64,000 nucleotides of DNA from an uncultured Pelagibacteraceae bacterium (GCA_902562205.1 CACESO010000004.1:6665-70664), one strand, 5' to 3'. Counted from the stretch's first letter, positions 37,776 to 50,170 are shown. Made by a program: numbers and translations. The notes: generated by a model from the letters alone, not told the origin.

Positions 37776-39768
37776 CAATAACGAATTAGAAGTAGAAGAC
37801 GGTTTAACAGTTTTACAGGCATGTGAACAAGCGGGGGCTGAAATACCAAGATTTTGCTATCATGAAAAACTTTCAATAGCAGGAAACTGCAGAATGTGTC
37901 TAGTTGAAATTGAAAAATCTCCAAAACCTGTTGCATCTTGCGCAATGCCTGTAGCGGATGGAATGAACATTAAAACAAATACTGAATTTGTTGAAAAAGC
38001 AAGAAAAGGTGTTATGGAATTTTTATTAGCAAATCACCCACTCGATTGTCCAGTTTGTGATCAAGGAGGTGAATGCGATTTACAAGATCAATCAATGTTT
38101 TATGGAATTGATAAATCAAGATTTAAAGAAAATAAAAGATTTGTTCCTGAAAAATATATGGGTCCACTAATCAAAACTCAAATGACAAGATGTATTCACT
38201 GTACAAGGTGCATAAGATTTGCAACCGAGGTTGCCGGTGTTTCGGAGATCGGAGCAATTGGTAGAGGAGAAGATACTCAAATAACTACATATTTGGAAAA
38301 ATCCATGGAGTCAGAGCTATCAGGCAATGTTATCGATTTGTGCCCAGTTGGTGCATTAACATCGAAGCCATACGTTTTTGAAGCTAGACCATGGGAATTA
38401 AAAAAAACAGAGTCGATCGATGTTATGGACGCAGTTGGTTCAAATATAAGAATTGATACATATGGTTGGGAAGTGAAACGTATACTTCCAAAGATTAACG
38501 AAAGCATTAATGAAGAGTGGATATCAGATAAAACTCGTTATGCATGTGATGGTTTAAAATATCAAAGACTTGATGCTCCTTATATAAGATCCAATGATGG
38601 TTTTAAAAAAATTTCATGGGAAGATGCTTATGGGACCTTAACTAATAAAATCAAAAGCACAAATCCTGATAAAATTGGATGTATAACTGGTGACCTTACT
38701 AATATGGAAACTTTATTTTCTGTTAAAGAGTTTTTTAATAAAATTTTGAGCTGCAAAAACCTAGACTCAAGATCTGTAAAAACTTATGTAAATAATAGTT
38801 CGCGAACCAATTATATTTTTAATACCCAAATTTCAAATATAGAAAAATCAGATTTTATTCTTTTGGTTGGGACTAATCCACGTCATGAAGCAACAATTTT
38901 GAATTCAAGAATACGAAAAAGTTATTTAAAGAATAATATGGAAATTTATTCTTTGAATGATGTTGGGGATCTAACATATCCATATAAAGTAATATCAAGC
39001 AACACTGATGAGTTAAAAAAAATAATTTTAAATGAACACGAAGTCTCAAAAAAAATAATTTCTGCAAAAAATCCTATTGTAATTTTTGGACAATCAGCTC
39101 TTAAACTTAACTCCTCAGGGTACTTATTTGAGGGAATGAAAAAATTTTTATCAGAAAATAATAAAATAAACGATGACTGGAATGCTTTAAGCGTCCTTTC
39201 TAATAATGCATCAACTGTTGGTGCATACGATTTGGATATTTTGGACAATGAAACTATAGATAATGTGTTATCAAATAAATTTGAATTAGTCTTCTTATTT
39301 GGTCAGGATAATTTGAACATCAAGAAAAAAAATGAATTTATTGTTTATATAGGAACTCATGGTGACAGAGGAGCGGAAATGGCAGATCTAATATTGCCTA
39401 GCGCAGCATATACAGAGCAAGATGGATATTACACTAATCTTGAGGGTAACTTACAATTAGCTTTTAAGGCTTCCTATCCACCTGGTGAAGCAAAGGAAGA
39501 TTGGGAAATTGTTAATGAAGTGTCAAAGAAACTTAAGGGTAAAAGTCTTTATACAAATAAACAAGAACTTATAGATAATCTTTTAAATTATCTTAATCAA
39601 AAAATAAAAAAAAACGGTGAAACAGTTAAAAATGATTTCATAAAAGAAGAAATTTTTGTCAATAAAATTGATTATTATTTTACTAATGTTATAGCTAGAT
39701 CTTCAAAGACAATGGCAGAATGTAGAAATTTAAAACTTGTTTCTTTGAAAACTGGAACTGACGGTTAA
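37756..39768 (+). CDS. nuoG: NADH-quinone oxidoreductase subunit G
   Basis: [33 protein letters not shown]. Confidence 0.97.
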   Translation: MPKIKVNNNELEVEDGLTVLQACEQAGAEIPRFCYHEKLSIAGNCRMCLVEIEKSPKPVASCAMPVADGMNIKTNTEFVEKARKGVMEFLLANHPLDCPVCDQGGECDLQDQSMFYGIDKSRFKENKRFVPEKYMGPLIKTQMTRCIHCTRCIRFATEVAGVSEIGAIGRGEDTQITTYLEKSMESELSGNVIDLCPVGALTSKPYVFEARPWELKKTESIDVMDAVGSNIRIDTYGWEVKRILPKINESINEEWISDKTRYACDGLKYQRLDAPYIRSNDGFKKISWEDAYGTLTNKIKSTNPDKIGCITGDLTNMETLFSVKEFFNKILSCKNLDSRSVKTYVNNSSRTNYIFNTQISNIEKSDFILLVGTNPRHEATILNSRIRKSYLKNNMEIYSLNDVGDLTYPYKVISSNTDELKKIILNEHEVSKKIISAKNPIVIFGQSALKLNSSGYLFEGMKKFLSENNKINDDWNALSVLSNNASTVGAYDLDILDNETIDNVLSNKFELVFLFGQDNLNIKKKNEFIVYIGTHGDRGAEMADLILPSAAYTEQDGYYTNLEGNLQLAFKASYPPGEAKEDWEIVNEVSKKLKGKSLYTNKQELIDNLLNYLNQKIKKNGETVKNDFIKEEIFVNKIDYYFTNVIARSSKTMAECRNLKLVSLKTGTDG

Positions 39769-40767
39769 ATGGAATACATAGTTTTATTATTTTCTGAAAT
39801 TTACAAAATACTTTATGTTTTAATTCCTGTTCTTGTATCAGTAGCAATGATTGTGTGGCTTGATAGAAGAATTTGGGCTTTTGTTCAAAAAAGACGAGGG
39901 CCAAATGTTGTAGGCCCTTTCGGTTTATTTCAAACTTTGGCAGATGCGCTTAAATACATTTTCAAAGAAATTATAATACCTGCAAGTTCGAATAAAATTA
40001 TATTTATTTTAGCCCCAATAGTTACGATGACTTTAGCCCTTATTGCATGGGCAGTAATTCCTTTCAGTGAAGATTATGTTTTGGCTGACATAAATGTTGG
40101 TATCCTTTATATATTTGCAATTTCATCTTTGGGTGTTTATGGAATAATAATGGGTGGCTGGGCCTCAAATTCAAAGTATCCATTTTTAGGCTCAGTAAGA
40201 TCTGCTGCGCAAATGGTCTCTTATGAAGTTTCTATCGGAGTAATAATCATAAATGTTTTATTGTGCGTTGGTTCGTTAAACTTAAGTGATATAGTTTTAG
40301 CTCAAGAGAAAATTTGGTTTGTAATTCCTTTATTTCCAATGTTTGTGATTTTCTTTATTTCATCACTTGCAGAGACAAATAGACCACCATTTGATTTACC
40401 TGAAGCAGAGGCTGAATTAGTTGCGGGTTATCAAACCGAGTATAGCGGCATGATGTATGCAATGTTTTGGTTGGGTGAATATGCAAATATTTTGCTGATG
40501 TGTGCACTTGGGTCAATTCTTTTTCTGGGAGGCTGGTTAGCACCAATGGATATCCCATTGTTTGATATAGTGCCTCCACCGGCGTGGCTAATATTAAAAA
40601 TTTTATTTTTGTTTGTTTTGTTCGCACTTATAAAAGCTATTGTGCCAAGATATAGATACGATCAACTTATGAAGCTCGGATGGAAGGTTTTTCTGCCTTT
40701 CTCTTTAATTTGGGTGGTATTAACTTCTGGTTATTTATTATATTTTGACTTATTACCTGTATATTAA
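39769..40767 (+). CDS. nuoH: NADH-quinone oxidoreductase subunit H
   Basis: [34 protein letters not shown]. Confidence 0.97.
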   Translation: MEYIVLLFSEIYKILYVLIPVLVSVAMIVWLDRRIWAFVQKRRGPNVVGPFGLFQTLADALKYIFKEIIIPASSNKIIFILAPIVTMTLALIAWAVIPFSEDYVLADINVGILYIFAISSLGVYGIIMGGWASNSKYPFLGSVRSAAQMVSYEVSIGVIIINVLLCVGSLNLSDIVLAQEKIWFVIPLFPMFVIFFISSLAETNRPPFDLPEAEAELVAGYQTEYSGMMYAMFWLGEYANILLMCALGSILFLGGWLAPMDIPLFDIVPPPAWLILKILFLFVLFALIKAIVPRYRYDQLMKLGWKVFLPFSLIWVVLTSGYLLYFDLLPVY

Positions 40768-40770
40768 ACT

Positions 40771-41256
40771 ATGAATATAATTCGAATATTTAAAACAGTA
40801 TTTTTAATTGATTTTTTAACAGGCTTATTGATAGCTATTAAAGAGTTATTTAAAACAAAAAAGACTATTAATTATCCTTTTGAAAAAGGGAAGATTTCAC
40901 CACGATATAGGGGAGAGCATGCACTAAGAAGATATCCAAATGGTGAGGAAAGATGTATAGCATGTAAACTTTGTGAAGCTGTTTGTCCAGCTCAAGCAAT
41001 AACAATAGAGTCTACAGCTAGAGAAGACGGAAGTAGAAAAACGACAAGATACGATATTGATATGCTAAAATGTATCTATTGTGGTTTGTGTGAAGAGTCA
41101 TGTCCGGTTGATGCTATAGTGCAAGGTCCTAACTTTGAATTTGCAACACATACTAGGGAAGAACTTTACTACAATAAAGAAAAGCTTTTAGAAAATGGAG
41201 ATAGATGGGAGAATGTTTTAGCTGCAAATATAAAAGCTGATAACCCTTATAGATAA
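40771..41256 (+). CDS. nuoI: NADH-quinone oxidoreductase subunit I
   Basis: [12 protein letters not shown] and [12 protein letters not shown]. Confidence 0.97.
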   Translation: MNIIRIFKTVFLIDFLTGLLIAIKELFKTKKTINYPFEKGKISPRYRGEHALRRYPNGEERCIACKLCEAVCPAQAITIESTAREDGSRKTTRYDIDMLKCIYCGLCEESCPVDAIVQGPNFEFATHTREELYYNKEKLLENGDRWENVLAANIKADNPYR

Positions 41257-41262
41257 TAGCAA

Positions 41263-41895
41263 ATGTTAGCACACGCTATATTTTTTTACTTTTTTTCATT
41301 TGTTGCAATAATTTCTGCAATAATGGTAACTGCCTCAAAGAACACTGTTCATTCTGTTTTCTTTCTTATATTAGATTTTATATCGATTTCATGCCTTTTT
41401 ATTATGATAGGTGCAGAATTTTTAGGAATGATAATGTTAATTGTTTATGTTGGAGCAGTTGCAGTTTTATTTTTATTTGTAGTTATGATGTTAAATGTTG
41501 CTCTTCAAAAAAATCAATGGTTCAAATCAAGTGAAACAAGCACTCATATACCTGTAGGACTAATAGTAAGTTTGATTATTTTTTTTGAATTAATAATCGT
41601 AATTGGAGGATGGAAATACAAACCTGACATTATCAAAAACTTTTCTGATAGTCTGATTTCAAATTCTACAAATACTCATACTATAGGGAGCGTATTATAT
41701 ACAGAATACGTTCATCTATTTCAAATTTCAGGGATGATATTACTTGTGGCCATGATTGGAGCAATCGTTCTCACATTTAGGAAAAGAGAGGGAGTTAAAA
41801 GACAAAATTATTTTAGCCAAATATCTAGAGAAAAAAATCAAGGTGTTGAGCTGGTAGAAGTTAAATCAAATGAAGGGGTTAAAATAGATGTTTGA
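41263..41895 (+). CDS. nuoJ: NADH-quinone oxidoreductase subunit J
   Basis: [31 protein letters not shown]. Confidence 0.95.
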   Translation: MLAHAIFFYFFSFVAIISAIMVTASKNTVHSVFFLILDFISISCLFIMIGAEFLGMIMLIVYVGAVAVLFLFVVMMLNVALQKNQWFKSSETSTHIPVGLIVSLIIFFELIIVIGGWKYKPDIIKNFSDSLISNSTNTHTIGSVLYTEYVHLFQISGMILLVAMIGAIVLTFRKREGVKRQNYFSQISREKNQGVELVEVKSNEGVKIDV

Positions 41896-42199
41896 AGTTT
41901 CCCTTGGACATTATCTGACATTAGGGGCAATCATTTTTACTATTGGTGTAATTGGAATATTTTTAAATAGAAAAAATGTAATTGTTATTTTAATGAGTAT
42001 TGAATTAATATTGTTAGCAGTAAATATCAATCTAGTATCTTTCTCAATATTTCTTCAGGACTTATCTGGCCAAATATTTACTTTATTTATTTTAACTGTT
42101 GCAGCAGCAGAAGCGGCTATCGGTCTTGCAATAATAGTAGTCTATTACCGTAACGCAGGAACAATAAGAGTCGAAGAAATTGAAAATTTAAAAGGTTAA
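41888..42199 (+). CDS. nuoK: NADH-quinone oxidoreductase subunit K
   Basis: [24 protein letters not shown]. Confidence 0.96.
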   Translation: MFEVSLGHYLTLGAIIFTIGVIGIFLNRKNVIVILMSIELILLAVNINLVSFSIFLQDLSGQIFTLFILTVAAAEAAIGLAIIVVYYRNAGTIRVEEIENLKG

Positions 42200-42200
42200 T

Positions 42201-44114
42201 ATGGAATATTTCATAGTTTTTTTACCATTGCTTGGTGCGTTTATTGCTGGTTTTTTTGGTAATAAATTTGATCAAAAATATTCCCAATTTATGACAAGTC
42301 TTTTTGTCAGTATTTCTTCTATCCTTTCAATAATAGTATTTTTAAAAGTATTAAATTATGGATACTCAAATAATTTATTAATTTCTAGTTGGATAAACTC
42401 AGGCACTTTAAATGTAAATTGGTCCATAAAAGTAGATGCACTATCCTCACTCATGATGGTTGTGGTAACGCTTGTTTCAGCGTTGGTTCATATCTACTCA
42501 ATTGGTTATATGTCTCACGATCCTCACAAACCGAGGTTCATGTCTTATTTATCTTTATTTACATTTGCAATGTTAGTGCTGGTTACTTCAGACAATTTTT
42601 TACAATTATTCTTTGGATGGGAAGGAGTAGGTCTTTGTTCATATTTTTTGATTGGTTTTTGGTTTAAAAAAAAAGCTGCAAATGCAGCTGCTATTAAAGC
42701 TTTTGTAGTAAATAGAGTTGGAGATTTTGGTTTTGCTCTTGGTATTTTTTTAATTTTTTATTTTTTTGGAACAGTTAATTACGATGAGGTATTTAATCAA
42801 ATTCAAACTTTGAATGCAAAAAATATAAATTTTCTTGGTTTTGAATTTAAATCAATAGATTTAATTTGTATATTGTTATTTATAGGTGCAATGGGAAAAT
42901 CAGCTCAGATTTTTTTACATACTTGGTTACCCGATGCAATGGAAGGACCCACACCTGTGTCTGCATTAATCCACGCTGCAACAATGGTTACTGCAGGTGT
43001 TTTTCTAGTTGTAAGATGTTCTCCTATTTATGAATATTCAGAATTAGCACTCAATATAATTACTGTAGTTGGAATGAGTACAGCTTTTTTTGCTGCTACA
43101 ATTGCATTAGTCCAAACCGATATAAAAAAGATAATTGCTTATTCAACATGTAGCCAGCTTGGATATATGTTCTTTGCAACTGGTGTAGGCGCATATAATG
43201 TTGCAATGTTTCATCTATTTACTCATGCTTTTTTTAAGGCTTTACTTTTTTTAGGAGCTGGTTCTGTAATACACTCTTTTAAAGATGAACAGAATATCGA
43301 AAAAATGGGTGGGGTTTACAAAAAGATCCCTTACACTTACGCCTTAATGCTAGTGGGCACATTAGCTTTAACTGGCTTCCCTTTTTTATCTGGTTTTTAT
43401 TCTAAAGATGCAATTATTGAATTTGCTTATTTAAGTGGAAATGTAACGGGCATTTATGCTGCTGGTATTGGAATTGTTACGGCAATGTTAACAGCAATTT
43501 ACTCTTGGAGATTATTTTTTAAAACTTTTCATGGAAATTATAACAATCAAGAAGTCAAATACGAAAAAATTCATGAGTCACCGGCGGTAATGGTTTTGCC
43601 ACTTATAATTCTTGGTTTAGGTTCAATTTTTGCTGGTTTCTTTTTTAAAGAACTATTAATAGGTAACCAAAGTAGTGTTAATTTTTGGGGAGAGTCTATT
43701 AAATTTTTAGAGCCATTGAGTGAAGATCATCCTCCACTGTGGTTTATTTTATTGACCCCGACTATAGTTTCTTTAAGCATACCGATTTCTTATTACTTAT
43801 TTTTGAAGGACAAAAGTGTATTAGAAAATTTTACAAAAACTAATTATCCATTGATAAATTTTTTAAAAAAGAAATGGTATTTTGATGAGCTTTATTCTTT
43901 TATTTTTGTAGAACCCTGTAAAAAATTAGGTTTATTTTTTTGGAAAAAGATTGATGGTTTAACAATAGATAGATTTGGACCGGATGGTATTTCAAATCTT
44001 ATTAAAGGCTTGTCGATAAAAGCAGTAAAATTTCAGAATGGTTTTATTTATCAATATGCATTTATAATGTTAATTGGCTTTTCTTTAATACTGACTTACT
44101 TGATTATTAAATGA
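42201..44114 (+). CDS. nuoL: NADH-quinone oxidoreductase subunit L
   Basis: GWEGVGLCSY, NRVGD, GKSAQ, WLPDAMEGPTPVSALIHAATMV. Confidence 0.97.
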   Translation: MEYFIVFLPLLGAFIAGFFGNKFDQKYSQFMTSLFVSISSILSIIVFLKVLNYGYSNNLLISSWINSGTLNVNWSIKVDALSSLMMVVVTLVSALVHIYSIGYMSHDPHKPRFMSYLSLFTFAMLVLVTSDNFLQLFFGWEGVGLCSYFLIGFWFKKKAANAAAIKAFVVNRVGDFGFALGIFLIFYFFGTVNYDEVFNQIQTLNAKNINFLGFEFKSIDLICILLFIGAMGKSAQIFLHTWLPDAMEGPTPVSALIHAATMVTAGVFLVVRCSPIYEYSELALNIITVVGMSTAFFAATIALVQTDIKKIIAYSTCSQLGYMFFATGVGAYNVAMFHLFTHAFFKALLFLGAGSVIHSFKDEQNIEKMGGVYKKIPYTYALMLVGTLALTGFPFLSGFYSKDAIIEFAYLSGNVTGIYAAGIGIVTAMLTAIYSWRLFFKTFHGNYNNQEVKYEKIHESPAVMVLPLIILGLGSIFAGFFFKELLIGNQSSVNFWGESIKFLEPLSEDHPPLWFILLTPTIVSLSIPISYYLFLKDKSVLENFTKTNYPLINFLKKKWYFDELYSFIFVEPCKKLGLFFWKKIDGLTIDRFGPDGISNLIKGLSIKAVKFQNGFIYQYAFIMLIGFSLILTYLIIK

Positions 44115-45604
44115 TGAATTTCCCAATTATTTCTTCACTAATCCTTTTGCCTTCAATTGGTGCACTATTTCTTTTTTTCATCAATTCAAAAAATATTAAC
44201 GGCATTAAGTATGTTTCTTTATTTGTATCAATCATTAATTTTTTAATATCTATTTACTTATGGTTAATTTTTGATCAATCTAGTTATGAATTTCAGTTTG
44301 TAGAAAGTAGAGTCTGGATAAAAGATTTTATCAATTACAAAGTAGGAGTAGATGGAATCTCAATATTATTTATCATTTTAACTACTTTCATAACCCCACT
44401 TTGTATTTTGTCAGTTAATTCATCTATAAAGAATAGACTTAAAGAGTTTTTAATAGCAATCTTATTAATGGAAACTCTAATGATTGGAGTTTTTTGCTCT
44501 TTAGATTTGGTAATTTTCTACTTATTTTTTGAAGGTGGTTTAATACCGATGTTTTTAATCATTGGTATTTGGGGCGGTGAAAGGCGTGTGTATTCTGCAT
44601 TCAAGTTTTTTTTATTTACTCTTCTTGGCTCAGTTTTAATGTTAATAGCGGTAATATCTATTTATTGGATAGCAGGAACGACCGATGTAGAAGAACTTTA
44701 TAAGTTAGGCATTGATCCAAAATATCAAAACTTACTCTGGTTAGCATTCTTTTCATCTTTTGCAGTAAAAACACCAATGTGGCCAGTACATACTTGGCTA
44801 CCCGACGCCCATGTTGAAGCACCAACTGCAGGTTCAGTTTTATTAGCAGCTATCTTACTTAAAATGGCAGGATATGGATTTATAAGATTTTCAATTGGAC
44901 TATTTCCTGTTGCGTCAGAATACTTTGTTCCGTTTATTTTTGTTATTAGTTTAATTGCAATTATTTATACTTCGTTAGTTGCCTTAATGCAGGACGACAT
45001 GAAAAAACTAATTGCGTACTCATCTGTAGCTCACATGGGTTTTGTAACATTAGGTTTGTTTACTTTCACTCAACAAGGTGTTGAAGGAGGAATATTTCAA
45101 ATGATTAGTCATGGTATTGTATCTGCTGCACTCTTTTTCTCAGTAGGTGTTGTTTATGACAGAACTCATTCGAGACGCATCAATGATTATGGGGGTTTGG
45201 TAAATGTAATGCCAAAATATTCTATTTTATTAATGGTATTTACTTTAGGGTCTTTGGGTTTGCCAGGAACAACTGGTTTTATTGGTGAATTTTTGATTTT
45301 AATGGGAACATTTAAAAAAAGTTTCTTAGTGGCAGCAATAGCAAGTTTGGGTGTAATTTTAGGCGCAGCATATATGTTGTGGCTTTACAAAAGAGTTGTA
45401 TTTGGAGAGTTAACAAATCAAAAATTATTAAAAATAATTGATTTAAACAAAGTTGAGTTGTCTATTCTTACTTTATTAGCATTGAGTATAATATTTTTTG
45501 GCTTCTATCCTGATCCATTTTCAAATACATATTCTGTATCAGTCGAAAACTTTATAAATGAATATAATGATAAACTAAATAATTTTAATTTACAAAATCA
45601 ATGA
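44111..45604 (+). CDS. nuoM: NADH-quinone oxidoreductase subunit M
   Basis: HTWLPDAHVEAPTAGS, LLKMAGYG, IAYSSVAHMG. Confidence 0.97.
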   Translation: MMNFPIISSLILLPSIGALFLFFINSKNINGIKYVSLFVSIINFLISIYLWLIFDQSSYEFQFVESRVWIKDFINYKVGVDGISILFIILTTFITPLCILSVNSSIKNRLKEFLIAILLMETLMIGVFCSLDLVIFYLFFEGGLIPMFLIIGIWGGERRVYSAFKFFLFTLLGSVLMLIAVISIYWIAGTTDVEELYKLGIDPKYQNLLWLAFFSSFAVKTPMWPVHTWLPDAHVEAPTAGSVLLAAILLKMAGYGFIRFSIGLFPVASEYFVPFIFVISLIAIIYTSLVALMQDDMKKLIAYSSVAHMGFVTLGLFTFTQQGVEGGIFQMISHGIVSAALFFSVGVVYDRTHSRRINDYGGLVNVMPKYSILLMVFTLGSLGLPGTTGFIGEFLILMGTFKKSFLVAAIASLGVILGAAYMLWLYKRVVFGELTNQKLLKIIDLNKVELSILTLLALSIIFFGFYPDPFSNTYSVSVENFINEYNDKLNNFNLQNQ

Positions 45605-47016
45605 TTAATCTCTTTTATATATCCACGGAAATATTTTTGTCATTATCTATTCTAATTCTATTACTAATTGGTGTATTTAAAAATAAAAGTGAATTATTTA
45701 TTTATAATTTCACTTGTATAATTTTACTGGTTGGGCTTGCGATAAATATTAATTTAAATCCTCAATTCCCGATAGATTTATTTAATAACAGTTATAAAAT
45801 TGACTATTTCACAACTTTAATTAAGTCGGTAATATTGATCTCAGCATTTCTTGTAATGCTATGTTCATTAAATTATGTCAAACAAAATGATATTTTAAAA
45901 ATTGAGTATCCAATTTTAATTTTATCTTCAATTCTTGGTATGCTCGTAATGGTAAGTTCTAACGATCTAATAGTTTTTTATGTTGGTCTAGAATTACAAT
46001 CTTTAGCTTTATATGTTCTTGCTGCCTTTAAAAAAGATAATATACTTTCATCTGAGTCAGGCTTAAAATATTTTATATTAAGCGCACTATCATCAGGATT
46101 ACTGCTATATGGATGTTCTTTAATATATGGTTTTTCTAGCTCAACAAACTTTGATTTAATTTATCAAAATAGTGAGTCAATCGAATATGGTATTATTTTT
46201 GGAATAGTATTTATTTTAGTTGGATTGGCATTTAAGATTACTGCAGTACCTTTTCACATGTGGGCCCCAGATGTTTATGATGGATCACCTACATCTGTGA
46301 CTGTCATATTTGCAATTCTCCCAAAGATTGCTGCGTTAACAGTATTCATTAATTTTTTATATGGTCCTTTTCTTGAAATGTTTGACCAATGGCAAGCAAT
46401 TATAATTTTTTTATCAATTGGTTCAATGGTATTTGGGGCAGTAGCTGCGATTGGTCAAAAAAAATTGAAAAGACTTATTGCTTATAGTTCAATAAGCCAC
46501 ATGGGTTTTGCGCTCGCTGGTTTAAGTGTTGGGACAAACGAAGGTATTCAAAATTCAATAATATACTTAATAATATATCTAATAATGAATATAGCATTTT
46601 TCTGCTGTCTATTTATGCTCAAAAGAGAAAATCAATATTTCGATAAAGTTGAAGATCTCTCAGGTTTATCAAAAAATCATCCTTTATTATCACTCTCTTT
46701 GATGATTATTTTATTCTCGTTAGCAGGAATACCTCCATTGGCTGGTTTTTTTGCAAAGTTTTATATTTTTACGGCCGTAATTGAACAATCAATGTATTTT
46801 TTAGCGATTGTAGGCTTGCTCTCAACAGTAATTGCAGCTTTTTATTATATAAGATTAATAAAGGTAATGTATTTTGATGAGCAGAAAGAAAAATATGACT
46901 TAAATCATAGCATTGGTCTTAAAATGATACTTGTGATCTCATCAACAATAATTCTTATTTATTTTGTAAACCCGAATATAATTAATAACTTTGTCTTAGA
47001 TATAACTTTAATTTAA
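45601..47016 (+). CDS. nuoN: NADH-quinone oxidoreductase subunit N
   Basis: LELQSL, ESGLKYF, PFHMWAPDVY.G, AGIPPLAGF.AK. Confidence 0.96.
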   Translation: MINLFYISTEIFLSLSILILLLIGVFKNKSELFIYNFTCIILLVGLAININLNPQFPIDLFNNSYKIDYFTTLIKSVILISAFLVMLCSLNYVKQNDILKIEYPILILSSILGMLVMVSSNDLIVFYVGLELQSLALYVLAAFKKDNILSSESGLKYFILSALSSGLLLYGCSLIYGFSSSTNFDLIYQNSESIEYGIIFGIVFILVGLAFKITAVPFHMWAPDVYDGSPTSVTVIFAILPKIAALTVFINFLYGPFLEMFDQWQAIIIFLSIGSMVFGAVAAIGQKKLKRLIAYSSISHMGFALAGLSVGTNEGIQNSIIYLIIYLIMNIAFFCCLFMLKRENQYFDKVEDLSGLSKNHPLLSLSLMIILFSLAGIPPLAGFFAKFYIFTAVIEQSMYFLAIVGLLSTVIAAFYYIRLIKVMYFDEQKEKYDLNHSIGLKMILVISSTIILIYFVNPNIINNFVLDITLI

Positions 47017-47522
47017 TGAAGTTAAAAATTTTTAAATACAAAAAAGTAAAAAGCACTAATGATATTGCTATTAGGAAAATTAGGTCAGGAATTAAAAATG
47101 GAATAGTTACTAGTGATGTACAAAGCTCCGGCAGAGGAAGGCATGGAAATAAATGGATTTCTTATAAGGGCAATCTTTTTGTAACTATTTTTTTTTCAAT
47201 TTCAAATAATCTAAATCTAAATAAGTTTAATTATAAAAATTGCATGATAATAAAAAAAGTTTTATCAAAATATATAAAACACGATCTAAAAATTAAAAGA
47301 CCAAACGATATTTTATTTAAACAGTATAAAATTTGTGGAATTTTACAGGAAACAATTTTTTACAAGAATCTTAAATACTTGTTGATTGGTGTAGGCCTAA
47401 ACTTATTAAAGAGTCCAAAATTCAAGAATTACAAAACTACAAACGTGTATCAAATTACTAAAAAAAAAGTTAATAAAATTAAAATCTTAAATGAAATTAA
47501 ATTAAACTATGAGTCGATCTAA
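47016..47522 (+). CDS. birA: Biotin-protein ligase (minimal catalytic domain)
   Basis: STND, Q..GRGR.G..W, K.PND, KICGILQE, IGVGLN; conserved position after nuoN. Confidence 0.85.
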   Translation: MKLKIFKYKKVKSTNDIAIRKIRSGIKNGIVTSDVQSSGRGRHGNKWISYKGNLFVTIFFSISNNLNLNKFNYKNCMIIKKVLSKYIKHDLKIKRPNDILFKQYKICGILQETIFYKNLKYLLIGVGLNLLKSPKFKNYKTTNVYQITKKKVNKIKILNEIKLNYESI

Positions 47523-48270
47523 GAAAAAAAATATTTTGGTAGGTGATATTGGTAATACCGAGTCTAAAATATTTTTTAGAAATAACAAAATCGAAAAAAA
47601 AATTATTATAAAAAGCAACGAAATGATTTATAACAAGATTAAATTAAAAGTTTTATTTTTAAAAAAATTTAATATTAAGGATAAAGCTGTTTTTTGTAGT
47701 GTAGTTCCGTCTAATTTTAGAATTATTAAGAAGGTATTTGAACGAGAGTTGAAAATTAAAATAGTTGAATTAAAGAATATTTATAAAAACAAAATAATTA
47801 AATTGAAAGTTAATAAAAAACAAATCGGATCAGATAGATTAGCAAATGCAATTAGTGTTATTAATAAAAAAAATAATTTTATAGTTGTAGATTTTGGAAC
47901 AGCTACTACTTTCGATGTCATCATAAAAGATGTTTACTGGGGTGGCATAATTGCTCCAGGAGTTAATCTTTCACTAAAAAATTTGACATCAAAGGCAGAG
48001 TTGATTCCAAAAATTAATTTAAGCCAAACTAAAATAGTTATTGGAAAAAATACAAAGCAGGCAGTAGTATCAGGTTTTTATTGGGGGTATAGTGGTCTTA
48101 TCGAAAAAATTATTTCTAAGATTTCAAAAATTACCAAAAAAAATTTTAAGATTATTTTAACAGGGGGTCTTGCGCATTTATTTAAAACAAATATAAGATT
48201 AAATGTTTTTGTCGACAAAAATCTTACAATAAAAGGATTAATAAAAGCTCATAAAATATTAAACAAATGA
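47509..48270 (+). CDS. coaX: Type III pantothenate kinase
   Basis: DIGNT, IGSDR, VDFGTATT, GGIIAPG, LTGG. Confidence 0.9.
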   Translation: MSRSKKKNILVGDIGNTESKIFFRNNKIEKKIIIKSNEMIYNKIKLKVLFLKKFNIKDKAVFCSVVPSNFRIIKKVFERELKIKIVELKNIYKNKIIKLKVNKKQIGSDRLANAISVINKKNNFIVVDFGTATTFDVIIKDVYWGGIIAPGVNLSLKNLTSKAELIPKINLSQTKIVIGKNTKQAVVSGFYWGYSGLIEKIISKISKITKKNFKIILTGGLAHLFKTNIRLNVFVDKNLTIKGLIKAHKILNK

Positions 48271-49925
48271 AAGATGAATTATTATTTTGTCCACTAGGTG
48301 GATCAGGTGAAATTGGTATGAACTTAAATCTTTTTGCCTACGGTGAACCAGAAAATCATAAGTGGATTATTGTAGATATTGGCGTCACCTTTGCTGATGA
48401 TACAGTTCCAGGAATAGATCTAATATATCCTGATCCTGGTTTCATAGTAGATAAAAAAGACTCATTACTTGGTATAGTACTTACACATGCTCATGAAGAT
48501 CACATTGGCGCGATTTCACATATCTGGCCGAAACTTAAATGCAATATATATGCTACTCCATTTACTGCAGCTTTAGTGACTGAAAAGTTTAAGGAAAAGA
48601 AAATAGATATTCACCCTTTTTTAAAGATTGTAAATTTAAGAGGTAACATAAAACTCGGACCATTTGATATTGAGCTAATAACTATGACACACTCCATTCT
48701 AGAACCCAACGGACTGAAAATAAAAACTCCACTTGGCAGCGTGTTACATACTGGTGATTGGAAGTGTGATCCAAACCCATTAATTGGAGATGTAATAGAC
48801 TCTAAAAAACTTAAATCAATTGGCGATGAAGGAGTTTTGGCGATGATATGTGACTCAACAAATATATTTAGTATTGGTAGATCAGGCTCAGAAATAGATG
48901 TAAGAAAAAATTTACTAAAGATATTTGAAAGATTAAAAAAGAAAATAATAGTCACCTGTTTTGCATCAAATGTCGCTAGAATGGAAACTATTTTCTTTTG
49001 TGCGCAGAAAACAGGAAGACAGATTTCTTTGGTAGGAAGGTCTATGCATAGAATTTTTAAAGCAGCTAGACAATGTGGGTATCTCAAAGATGTAATTGAA
49101 CCTATTGATCCAAGAGATGCCAAAAAAATTTCAAGAGACAAAATAGTCTACTTATGTACTGGAACTCAAGGAGAGCCTATGGGAGCAATGAGCAGAATAT
49201 CGAATTTTACCCATCCAGATGTAATGATGGAAAATGGCGACACTGCAATTTTTTCATCTAAAATAATACCTGGAAATGAAAAAAAACTTTCTAAATTACA
49301 CAATCAATTAGTTATTGAAGGTATTGAAGTGATTACAGAAGAAGATGAATTTATACATGTATCCGGTCACCCTAACAGGGAAGAATTAAAGGATATGTAC
49401 AATTGGATAAGACCAAAATCAGTAATACCTGTTCATGGAGAATACAGACATATGCATGAGCACATTAATTTTGCTAAAGAAATGAAAATACCTTATCCAG
49501 TTAAAGTTATGAATGGTGATATTGTTAAATTAGCTCCAGCTGAAAAACCTTTTATTTATGATAAAGCACCTGCAGGAAAAGTATATTTGGATGGAAACAT
49601 TAGTGTTGAAGAGGACTCAAATTCTATTAAAGAACGTAAAAATCTTTCCATAAACGGAATGATGGAAGTTACAATTCTTGTTACACCCAAAGGTAACATT
49701 CATGACAGACCAATTGTGACGGTTAAGGGACTCCCAATAAATGATTATGAAGATTTTAGATTTGGATTAGAGAATGAAATAGAAAAAACAGCAAGAACAT
49801 TTTCTTTAACTAATAGCAAACAGCAAGAAAATGCTATCGATGCTTTCAAAAGTGTTTGTAAAAAATATACAAAAAATAAAGTAGGCAAAAGACCTTTTAC
49901 AAATATTAATATAGTTCAAATTTGA
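48267..49925 (+). CDS. rnj: Ribonuclease J
   Basis: PLGG.GEIG.N, THAHEDHIG, HTGDWK, HVSGH, PVHGE. Confidence 0.95.
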   Translation: MKDELLFCPLGGSGEIGMNLNLFAYGEPENHKWIIVDIGVTFADDTVPGIDLIYPDPGFIVDKKDSLLGIVLTHAHEDHIGAISHIWPKLKCNIYATPFTAALVTEKFKEKKIDIHPFLKIVNLRGNIKLGPFDIELITMTHSILEPNGLKIKTPLGSVLHTGDWKCDPNPLIGDVIDSKKLKSIGDEGVLAMICDSTNIFSIGRSGSEIDVRKNLLKIFERLKKKIIVTCFASNVARMETIFFCAQKTGRQISLVGRSMHRIFKAARQCGYLKDVIEPIDPRDAKKISRDKIVYLCTGTQGEPMGAMSRISNFTHPDVMMENGDTAIFSSKIIPGNEKKLSKLHNQLVIEGIEVITEEDEFIHVSGHPNREELKDMYNWIRPKSVIPVHGEYRHMHEHINFAKEMKIPYPVKVMNGDIVKLAPAEKPFIYDKAPAGKVYLDGNISVEEDSNSIKERKNLSINGMMEVTILVTPKGNIHDRPIVTVKGLPINDYEDFRFGLENEIEKTARTFSLTNSKQQENAIDAFKSVCKKYTKNKVGKRPFTNINIVQI

Positions 49926-50170
49926 TGAATTTAACTGGTTCGATTATTATATATGTTCTTATATGGTGGATAGTTTTCTTTTCATTATTGCCAGTAGATG
50001 TAGATCGAAATAAAAAAAATTTTGTAGAGGGTGTTGATCCTGGGGCTCCCGAAAACCCTAAATTAATAAAAAAACTAACATATACAACTTTGATTACATC
50101 AATAATTTTTATAGGTATATTTCTTTTAGTAAAGTATGATTATCTCAATTTAAGGAATCTAATTACATAA
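49922..50170 (+). CDS. DUF1467 family membrane protein
   Basis: IWWIVFF.LLP, G.DPGAP.NP; typical alphaproteobacterial position before proS. Confidence 0.8.
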   Translation: MMNLTGSIIIYVLIWWIVFFSLLPVDVDRNKKNFVEGVDPGAPENPKLIKKLTYTTLITSIIFIGIFLLVKYDYLNLRNLIT

